The notes beneath the pieces are model-generated. The model had not been told where the DNA came from. It saw only the letters and a program-made list of their open reading frames with translations, and did not search any database. Positions 6,738 through 18,700 of a DNA stretch of 38,177 nucleotides are shown here, one piece after another; position 1 is the first letter of the stretch, and each line of letters opens with the position of its first letter. The position numbers and the translations under genes are program-made. This DNA comes from Barthelona sp. PAP020 (taxonomy: Eukaryota), in contig JARQWU010000072.1 in assembly GCA_040182905.1 (NCBI GenBank), positions 1 to 38,177 on the forward strand, read 5' to 3'.

Positions 6738-9700
6738 TTAAAGGTCAAGATCTGGGAAGTCTTGATCATCTTCATCCTTTGCATTTTTACGTCTACGTCT
6801 ACGTTTCTTCTTGCCTTTATTAGCAGCAGCGGATGCACTGTCAGTATTTAAAGCTGAAAGGAAGGAATTGGCTGCAGTATCTTGAGTTTTACCACGGCGT
6901 TTTCTGGGGGTATCATCATCATCTGCTTCTTGAAGTTGACCAGTCTGATGTATCTCAATGTTCACATCTAGTTCCATAGCTTCAACGTCTTTTCTTTGTT
7001 CTTTCAAAGTTTTCTTTGCATCAGCTTCAAGAATAGGATTATTTTCATTTGTTTCGGAAACTGAAGAAACTGTTTCTTCAGTTTGAGAAGGTTGAACAAA
7101 CACAGTGTCAGGAGTTTCCTTTTCTTCTTCTTCTTCATCCAAAGTTTGTCCAATGTATTCAAGATATGTGATTAACATTGAATGCAAAGCAACAGCTTCT
7201 TGTTCAGTTAATTCACCAACAATTTGTGAATCACAGAATTGACGAATTTTGGCAATAACATTGAAATCGAAATTGGAAATGATAACAGGAACCCATTCCC
7301 TGAAAACATTGTCTATTCTCTTGTATTTGATTAAAGTTAATGAAACAGTTGTATTGTTTTCCTTAGCAAATTGCAATTCAGCAATAACTGATTTCAAAAT
7401 GGAATCCAATTCTCTTTCGAAAGAAGGTTTTCTCGGAGTTTCAATTTCTTGAGAAGGTGAAGCAAAATTCTCCTTTAAAAGAGATTTCAATAAATTAATT
7501 AAAGAATCCAATTTCATTTGAGGGATTGCATAAGGTCTAGAAGCATCAACAGAACCAGCAATTTCTTGATGGACTGTCAAATTCATTTCAGACCAAGATT
7601 TCTTTACTAAACAAGATAAGAAATATTCAATTGCTTCAATACGATTAACAGGAATAATTTCAGGTAAACCGATTTCAATTTTAGAAGAATAATGATTGAT
7701 AAATGCTAAAATTGGATCAGGAATTTTCTCGATAACAATATCCAAATTCTTTTGTTGTTTGCCTGTTAATTGTAATTCAACGTTATCAGTTGCAGCGTTT
7801 TTAAACAAATATAAGATCTCTTTATCAACGGCAGTCAATTCAACATTCTTTAAAACTTTGAATAATTTATTCAAATGACAAACACGGTCAATGTCAATAA
7901 TGAACCTTTCTTCTTCCAAATAAGGGTCTTCAGTCAATCTTGTTGGTTTTGAAGCTGTAGTTACTAATTTAACAAATGTTGATGCCAAAACTGTGTTAGT
8001 CATCAATTGTGTCAAATCATCAAGACATTTCTTTTCTTTTTCAGAAATATTGTCCAAACAAGAGGTGTTTATAATTGCAACTATATTCTCCAAAACTTCA
8101 GAATCAACCTCATGACCACTAATCAGATCATTACAAACGTTCGAAACAACATTACAATTCTTTCCAACTAAAGATTTGATCAAATCTTCATCTTGAGGGT
8201 TTATTTCAAACTCTTCCATGTCACCATGCATTAAAGCAGTGTAACCAACCTCTAATTCTTTCAAAATGTCTCTTTCGTTCTTGAAAAGGTCAAATGGATT
8301 GATAACATTCAATAATTTAACCAGGAAGTCAAGTTTTTTGGGTCCAAGAGTCAAAGGTAAAACAAAATTCTTGTCAACATCATCAAAAGATAACATTTCT
8401 AATAAGATGCTTGCGTTAATTCGAGACAACAATACAGGGTTTTGAGATTTGATACAATTCTTCAGTTTGTCAATGACTTCTTTTTCTTCAGCAGAAGGAA
8501 TTTCAATCTCGATTTGCTCATAACATAATTGGGCTTCTTCTGAAACCAAAGAGGCAGGAATACTGAGGTCAACTGCTTGTTTTAATTTACGAATGGTTTC
8601 TTCAAAATTAACAGCAAATTTGGACTTATGTTCTTGAATAACAGCCTCGGTTGTTTCAAAATTGAATTGACTGGCCAAAGTCGAAGCATCATTAACATCC
8701 TTAGTATAACGTGTTAAGTTATAAAGATCGAGCAATAATTCATTGTGCTTGTTCAATAAACTGGATACATACAAACATTCTAAAGGAGGCAATACAAGAT
8801 CATCTCCAGTATTCGAATTAATCATGATTTCAGCAGCACATCCTGCTTCTTCAGGTGTCATTTCAGACACTGGAACATTGCACAATGCTTGAACACATTT
8901 ATCAGTTTCCGATTCACTCAAAGTGATAGTTTTGTTATCTTCATGTGCCTTCGACAATTTGTCAGCAATGGATTTAATTGAAAGATCAATATTCTTTAAA
9001 TCTGGAATTGAAGCTCTTTGAATCATTTCAACAGCACATTCAGATTGTTCTGTTGTAAACACAGCATTGAAATCAATGGCAGAAGACACTAAACTTAACA
9101 CTTCAGCATGTTCTGCAGTGAATACATAAGAAGGTAATGTTTGAAGGTGTTTGTGTAAATCTGGAGCGGTGTTTTTATGTAAACCAACATTTGCACCACA
9201 TCTTATAGCAATGGTAAAACCAACAGCAATTGAAGACATTTGAGGATCAATGATAGATGATAAATGTCCATTTTCAAGATCAACATAAAGGTATTTCAAA
9301 ATACTCTTTAAATCAGAGCTTTCAATCTTCAAAGATGATTCGATCATGGGTAAATTGGCGTTTTTATGACGGTTAACCATTCCAACAATGTCACCCCAAA
9401 CTTTTTCTTCTCTGCTATCTAAAACAGCACCATATTGCATAATATTGTTGTAAAGTGAAGCTAAAAGCTCCAATTCCTTATATTCAAGTTCAAATGATTT
9501 ATTACTGTGAACAGCGTTCTTAACATTAGACAGTAATTCATAACATTCAACAACAGTCATAACAGAACTGAGATCAACATCTTCGTCAACAATATCATCA
9601 TCTGAATCTTCAACCGTAAATTTGGCATCTTTTCCAATTTCAACATCCATAGGAGTCATTAAGGACTGTAATAAATTAGCAGTACTTGCAGCAGTATCTT

Positions 9701-12700
9701 TTGATTTGGAAGGTTTCACTTTGGTCTCTTTTTCAAGAAGATCAAAATCATCAACTTGTTCATTTTCGGAGATATCTTCATCACTTTTATCAAAAGTGGC
9801 CTCATCCAACATTGCATTGAATGTTTCTTTAACTTTCATTTCCTTTACTTCTTCTTCATCACTACGAACAGTCATTGTATCAGTCATTGTATCATCAATA
9901 TCATCTTCATCACCAATCAATTTACTGAAGAAATCTTGTAAATTGGTGCCATCTTCATCAGCCATATTTCCTTCACCAGTAGCAGCAACTTCTTGCAATC
10001 CAGCCTTGGAAGCAGTCTTAATGAGAGTAGAAAGAGTTCTGACGGCATGTAACATGGGAGGTTCAGCTTGACCTTCTTTGGGTTGAGGTAGATTAGCAAG
10101 AGATGCAAGTAATTGAGAATTACCAAGAAGATCAAAAGTCTTCTTTTTAGGAGGCTCCTTTTTATTTCTTCTTCTCAACCAAACAATAACACAAATTAGA
10201 ACAATAAGTGTTGGAATAAGAGCAGCAAGAACAATAGTCATGATAGGCAATTCTTCTTCAACAACTGAAGGTTGTTCAACAAACACACTACCAACAACTT
10301 GAACAGGCTGAATGATATTCTTAGTTGTAACAACTACATCTTCAACTTCGACAACAATTTCACTGTGAACAAAGATCAATTGTGTCACAGACAATTCAGG
10401 TGCATTGAATGAAATGACTTCATAAGCACCTAAACTATCTAAATCTGAGTTCAAGGATTCAACAGTGAATTCTTCAAGCTCAACTTTTTCAGGAGATAAA
10501 GCGCTCAATTGAATATTTCTGTTGACAATTAATTTGTAGGAATATTTGGCATCTTCACAACCCATGTTGGAAGTTCCATCATAGATAGGAATCTTGTTGT
10601 CATCATTCCAACAAACCCAGAAATTTTTAACATACGTGACAATTGTTTCACCAGCATCAACTTTATCATTGGCATACAATGAAGAAACTGTAACAAATGA
10701 TTTGGCTTGAATGGTTGTACCAGTAGTATAAGGTCCAACATTATTATTCAGCAAATTGAATTTTACGAAATCTGCGGTCAATTCAGGACCGTAGAATAAC
10801 ATACCAAGACCAGAACTTGTAACATCGTCAAATGATGAAGATTTTGTCTTAGTAATCTTATATTTAAGTTCAACAGTTTTTCCAGTTTCATTATTGCATA
10901 ATTGAGATGTGATAGCATTATCAGGGCATTCAGCAACCTTCCAAATCACCTTATAATCATCACTGATAAGATGATGAGGATAAGAAACCCAAGAATCATT
11001 CTTGGTAGCCATTTGAACAACATCAACATTTAACATTGCAGTTTGTTTACCATATCTCAGGATTTCAAATTCATTTGATAAAGATGCACAATCAGCAGTG
11101 CCGTTGAACAGTGAATACATGTTCTTGTCTGTTTGTACCGGAAGAGTTGTTCTCCAAACCACCAAAGGTGAATATCCACTTCCTTCTGGATCTTGAATAA
11201 TACCAAATGACAGTATTTCAAGAGAAACATAGATGTCATCATCTTCTTGCATATCATTACAAACACCACTTTCACAGAGTTGAAGACTAATCAATTCATA
11301 ATTGAAGAAAGTTTCAAATTGTAAGGATTCGGTAAATGAATGCTTAACTTCATCAGCTTTAACTGTAGAACCATAGAATTTAACAACAGAAACTGAGAAA
11401 TCAGAATAATAGTCAATAACAGGTGTGTTATTGAACACAGCAACATCCAAAAGTAAATCAGAACGTAAACCTCTGCAAGCAGCAAACTCATCAAATGTGA
11501 AATGACCTGTGTATCTAATTTCAGAACAAGATGTGTTTGTAAGAGTCCAATATTGTCCAGGTGTAGAATATGAGGGATATACCAATGAATTTATGGCGTA
11601 TCTCATATCAGCAGCAGGTGCAGTTGTTCCGAATTTATTTAATGATATAGATTCCAACAATGAACGATCTCTGTTTTCACAATTGTTCGCTTCTTTAACT
11701 GTACGACCAGAAGGTACATACAATTCGAAATCAAGTGCATAGAAACCTCCACGAATATAAGGGGTATCAACAATAATTTCCAAATCCCAAGTTTCATCAT
11801 CAAAATTAATGGTGATTGTAGGTTCTTCCATTGTTGTAGGAATATCACTCTCAACACCTTCACAAGTATCACTGACCAAATAATACCAATCATCACAAAC
11901 TTCGTCACGAGGAGTACCATCAAGATTGGCAAGTAAGCAAGTTGTAGAACTATTACACCAACCACAGAAAGAATAAGCAACACATTCATCTTGTGTTTTC
12001 ATAGATTCACAATCTTTTCCACAATCGAGTCCATCAAAACCATAATCACAAACACAACTATCAGGAGTACATTCACCATTCCATAATTCAATAATACCAG
12101 TACCAACAAATAGACCATCATCTCTCTTGTAATTACCAGAGGTAAGAGTAATGTTGGTACTTGCATCTGGAACAAATAATACACCAGTATTTTCAAGAAC
12201 GAGTTCTATGAATGACATGTTCTCATCAACGGTAACCATACCACTGGAAATGTATAATGAAGTCATGTAACTATGATTTGGTAAGGCATCATTTGTAATT
12301 TGTTGGAAGAAAACTCCCTTTCCATTACAATAACCATTCCAAGCACTAACATCTCTTCTATCAATAGTAGTGTCATAATCTGCACAAGGAATATTAACCT
12401 TCACTGGAGCACCTGAGTTTTCAACAATGTGTTCCGTATCGAAATAAGTTTTACCACCATTGATTTTCATTGATTTCAAACCAAACTTCAAGTTACGTTC
12501 AATTCTTAATTCAGCATCATCATTTACAGACATCCAACCATTGACATTCAAATCATTTCCTGATTTGATGTGAACTTTACCTTTCTTACTAACAGAGAAA
12601 TGTGCTTCAGAACCGAAAGTCAAGTTATTGTGGAAATTAACAGGTTCATTTTGATAAATAATATCCAATTGACCCTGAAGAATCTCAACAATTCCATAGA

Positions 12701-15700
12701 AATCAGTTGAACAGTTCAAAACTGTTTTGACATTGGTTGTGTGAATCATGACACCATATACATTCAATTTCGAATCTTCATCAAATTGAATGATTCCATA
12801 TTCATTTGTAGTTAACACGTCAAAAGTACCATTGATCAGAACATTGATCTCAGAATAATCAGTGAAAACAATATTTTCTTTGTACCATTTGAAATAATAG
12901 TCAATATTCAAAACGGTTTTATTTAATTGCAATCCATTGGTTACATTAAGGTAATCAACATCAATAACACAAGAACCAGCCAAACATACAATCTTAACAG
13001 GATTACCATCTTCATTAACAATTGTGCTCGTGTTGATTTTTGTATTCTTCAAAGTTAATACTGTATCACTCTTCAAAATAAGAATACCACAATTGATCGT
13101 ACAATTCTCCAAAAGAATGTCAGAAGAATCAATTATGAATTCAGCATTGCTGCCAACAGTGATATTCATTTCTTTCAATACGACTCCATCACCATCAATA
13201 ACAAGATTGGTTTCTTCACTGATGGTGATATCACCAGTGACTTCAGAACCACCATTAATCTTGAAATCACCACTATTGATATTCAATTCACCATACATAA
13301 CAACATGTTGCATGTTAAGATCACCTTCAGATTCCTTGTCAATCACACCATACACAATAACATATGAATTGTTGGAGGTTGTGAACTTAGGATAATCTTT
13401 GGTAAGTTTGAGAGTGGTATTATCACAAATGACAAATTTGGAATAATCATTCAAAATAATGTCATCTTGAGACCAAGTAAATTCTAACACATCAATATTC
13501 ATTGTGGCGTTTCCACTCAAAACATGGTCATATGAAGTTGTAAATACAAAATCATCAGTAACATTCACTGTACCTTTATTTAAGGTACCAACAACTTCAG
13601 TTTGAGCCCATTCTAAGTTCTTACAAACAAGAATAGAAGAGATATACAGTTCACCGTTATCAAAAACACATTTGTCAACATAAAGAGGTGCATCAACATA
13701 GGCTTTACCGGAAGTTGAAATCTTTAGATAATCAAGATGACTGATAGTATCTGAAACATTTGCAGTGACATTTAATGTGAGGTCACTCGTAACAATGGTC
13801 TTCTGAAGAGTGTTGTTCAAAGAAGCACCATTTTCCAATGAAAGAACCGATGAACTGAACCATAATGGCTCAGAAATAGTCCAATTTCCTTCAACAAATG
13901 TTAATTTTGTATCTGTAACAGGAATACCACTTGTCCAAGTGAATTGAGCCCCATTGAAGAACTTGTGTTCAACACCAATGAATTGGGTACTTGTGATAAA
14001 TTGAGCATTGCCGAAATGTAACATCACACCATCGAAAATCCAGGTTCCAACACTGTGAACAATGCCACCATGATTAATGATGTTCTTTGAAGTGATGGTA
14101 GATGACGTTGTTTTCATCATTGTACCATAATTGTAGATGAATGAATCATCATCCAAATCAGAACTACATGTTGATCCTTCAATGTCAATTTGACAATTTT
14201 CTAAACAAACAATAGAAGAATTCTGATGCAATCTTAATAAACCAGCCTTCCAATCAACAGAAGTGTTAACATGAACAATAGTGTTTTGACTAAGTTTTTT
14301 CTCGGCACCACCTTCAATATCGAAAGTATTTACAGTGATTAAAGTTGGTCCATTTATAGAACCATCAGACCAAGTATAGGTATCAGCAGTAATGAAACCA
14401 GTTGAGTTTAAGGAACCACCTTCACCATAGAAAGTGTCATTCACATTAATAGAACCATTGTTTTCAATCAAAGAACCACTTCTAAGCTTAATATTTGTTG
14501 CATTAACAATTGTATCATCTTCAATGTAAGTATTGGAACCGAATATTGTCAAAGTTCCAATAGTATAAGTTGTGTCATTCTTGAAATGAATAACACCATC
14601 ATTAACCAAAATGGGAGTTTCAGGATAGAAAACCAATGGCTTTTCAATGAATAGTTCACCACCATCTCTTACCATTATACCCAAAGAACAATTGAAATAT
14701 GCAGGTCTTAAAATTGGTCCAACGTCTGCAACTTGAAGTCTAGATTCACCAATTAATCCTCCATTTCCTTCAATAATACCAGATTCAAAGAAAATAGTAC
14801 CTGTAGAATCAACAAAACCGTCAGCAACAATTCTATCACCAGAAACGTAGAAATCACTGACAGACACATTAGCATGGAAGAAAACAGTTCCTCCATTTTG
14901 ATAGAAACGTCCGAAAGTACCACTGTCTCCATCATTGTACATATGTAAAATACCATCATCAATTTGAACAATAATATTATCACTAGAAGTTTTGGTTGAA
15001 TTATGGTAAAGATTTAACGTTCCTTTAGTTAACTGAATCATCGAAACTGTCAATATAGAATCAATAGCCGCTGTAGTTGTGGTACCATAATCTTCATCAA
15101 TCAGAACAGCACCTGTACCATCACCACCAAGTGTTGATAAGAGAGAATGTGTTCCTGAAGCAAACACAAGTGAAGCACCAAAATTCAATTCAATGTCACC
15201 ACTGTCTAAATCTGAAGTGTTAGTCAATCTAATTGATCCACCATTCATTTGCAAAGTTCCCATGTGCTTCAAACCCGCAATAGTCATTTCACCACTTGAT
15301 GTTTTGACAACTGAACCATTGTTAATGAAAGCTGGTCCAAGATAATCAGCATAGAAACCTGCTTCTTCGCCAGTGATGAGAACACTACCATAATTGTGAA
15401 TTTGTCCAGATTTTGCTTTAATCATACCTTTTTCCCAATTCATTGTCCCATTGTTGAATAAAGTCATTCCATCAAGTATCAAAGGAGTAGTGATACTGAC
15501 ATCTAATTGATTCAAAACATGAATTTCATTTGCAACGGTAATTTCACCTTCTTCAAGCAACAAATAACCAGAAACTATCTTGGATGTACCATTAATTACA
15601 CCTCCAGATATATTAAATGAATGAATGAATTCAGTATCAGAATTGATTTGAACATGTCCTCCTTGAACAGCTAATGAACCAATTGCATGCGTGAATTCAC

Positions 15701-18700
15701 CTTCAACCAATTCATATCTACCACCAAACATTTGCATAAATGGTAAATGCGTGACATCACTGGGTCTGGCAACTTGCTTAACAGTTCCTGATTGTAAAAT
15801 CCAAGAAGAACTGATAACATACACGTCTTCAACATAAACAACAGCATCTTCATTATCAATTGATACTGAACCACCAGAAATTTGGAAAGATATATTGTGA
15901 TTACCATTGCCAAATTGTAACAAGGAGAAAGTATCCAATTCAAGATTACCTCCAACTTTAGATGAATTGGTTAAGGTAAGCTTTCCGGAAATAAATGTAA
16001 TATTTCCTTCACTGACAAGACCTCCAATGGAAACTTCTCCAGAAATGATCAAATTACCATTGTTGGATAATCCAAAACCACTTTCAGGAATAATAACAGT
16101 ACCATCATTTGCAGTTAGTTCACCATTCTCTGCAACATAAATCATTGCACCATCTTCAATATTGAATACACCTCTGGGAATGGTCATAATACCATCTAAA
16201 ATGATAGAAGTTTCACTCAAAGATTCAAAACCAGGTTCACATGTAGCACCAGCTTCAACACGAATGGTACCTAATCCAGAAATACCATCATTCCATGCAA
16301 AAGTGTTACCAACACTTATCAGAGTCTTTTCATTGAGATACCAATTGGTACTAACAGTCAAATCATTCACAGCTAAAGTAACATTATCAACATTTGAAAA
16401 TGATACACTTCCAGCTAAAGAAGTGAAAACATCAGTTGAATAATTACCAGGAGTGAATAAAATATCACCATCATATTGTTTCAAGTAACCAACAGAAACA
16501 AAACCATTTGCAAAAGACACATTACCACCAGAAATGATAAATCCTCTTGCTTTTTGAATAAGGCTAACATTACCAGCTATTGTGGTGTTTCCATCGTTAA
16601 TTTGTAATGTTCCTTCACCATAAATAGTACCATTTTCACCAATTGTGTGATTACCATCAATCAAAGAGAATGAGCAAGAACTCATAATATTCACCAAACC
16701 ATTGGTAGTGATGTTCAAGTGATTCAAAACAACTGCACCCATTGAACAACTTGATGTATTTTGAATGATGAAATTCCATTCAACATTGAAATCAACTGCA
16801 GCTTCTATTGAAAGTGAACCTTGAACATCCAAAATATTCTGTTCACCCTTGAGATTAGTTGAAGAACTCAATTGGAATACAGTTTCAGAATGTTCACCAC
16901 CAACAATATGAATCAAACCACTTTCAACATTGAATGTACCTGATTGATGTACATAGGATGAGTTAACTTCAATAAGAGGATAACCATAAATGTTTATATC
17001 ACCATATACATTCATATTTTCAGTGAGGAATGTCAAATTGTCCCTAAGAATACCAGCAGTAAATTCCAAAGTGTCAGTTACTTCAATAAGACCAACATTA
17101 ACAATAGAACCACCACGTAAGCTTAATTTAGGTGTATTAAGATATTCAGGAACAGACAATGTACCATCTTCAATAATCAATTCATCTTTGATTTGAACTG
17201 ATGTCAAATATGAAGTACCTGGACCAGATAATTTCAAAATAGTAATATTGTAGGTTGCATCACCAGTTAATGGATCGAAATAGATCTCACCACCAGTTTG
17301 AGATAAAACACCACTACAATACATACCTTCATAACAGAATAATCTACCTGATTTAACTTGGAAACCACGAATAGGATTAGTTAATCCAATAGGTGCATAC
17401 ATATACATGTCACTTTCCAAAATTACAGAACCAGCACCATAAATAGTAGCATTATCACCACGTAATGAATGATTACCGTTTCTCAATGTTATTGTACAAG
17501 CAGCTTCAACAACCCATTGTCCTTCAGTAGTTGTGTTACTGAAGAATACTGTACCATAATTACACAAAACATCACCAGTTGACTCAAATGGCCAATTGAA
17601 ATAAACACGTTTTGTTGAATCAATGTTAAGGGATCCATTATTAATCTTTAGAAGATTTTGATTTGAATCTGTGGTATCACCAACACGATAATCCTGACTT
17701 GAAGAAATAGTGAATGAACCACCTTCACCAATTTCAATTGTGGCATTATCTTTCGAAATAGTATAACCATCTTCAACTTCAAAGTTACCCAAAACTAAAA
17801 TCTTGGGATCATCTTCAAGGCTCAACATACCTTGTTGAATGAAATTTCCTCCAACGGTCAATAATCTTCCTTTACCAGATAAAGTACCATATTTCCAATA
17901 CATGTGACCATTTACATTGATATTACCAGAATCTAATATCTTTGGAGAAGTTGTGACATCTCGATTCAATGTGAAACTTCCAGTAATATCTAATTCTTCT
18001 TTGACAACCAAAACACCACCAGTCATTACATAATCACCTTGAACATTCAATCTATTTGACAAGGTTACATTACCATTTGTTTGTTGAATAGAGTAAACAG
18101 TATAATTGCTGTTATCTCCAGTATCTTCAAATATCAAAACAGCATTGGGTCCATTAATTTGTAATGGAACACCACTGGGATTGGTAAGAACGAATCCAAG
18201 TTTGGCATGAACTTCACCGTCAGTAATGGCAGCTTTAGCTCCAGCCAATAATTCCAAATTACATGAAATTTCAACATAATTTCCTCCAGTTACAAGGAAT
18301 TCATATGGTCCAACAATAGGTTTTACACCTGTAAGAGAACCTCCCATAATTTCAAGCTTGTCTTGAAGTTGAATCTCATCATCTAATAATATGGAACCAC
18401 CTGATATTTCCAGGTAGTTTGTTTCAATCTTACCATTTAGTGAAACAGTAATAGATCCTTCAGAAATCGTAATGCGGTCAATATGATAAACACCAGTCGG
18501 CGCAGAAGGATGAATATCAGTTATTAAAGAACCAATAATCTTGAATTCTTCATCTGTTGGTTGATAAACAATACCTTGTTTGGCAAGATGTAAAACACCA
18601 GCAGCTAAAACAGTAACTTCAGCATTTGCCATAATATCCAAACGAGTTTCAAGGAATACTGGGTCTTCATCAAAAGTAACCTCACCATACACTATCAATT

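Noticed and set aside
6738..6775. Similarity of the giant protein's DDQDFPDLDL end to BTF3's EDDIPDLD
   Set aside because: It is a short acidic low-complexity match with no evidence beyond chance.
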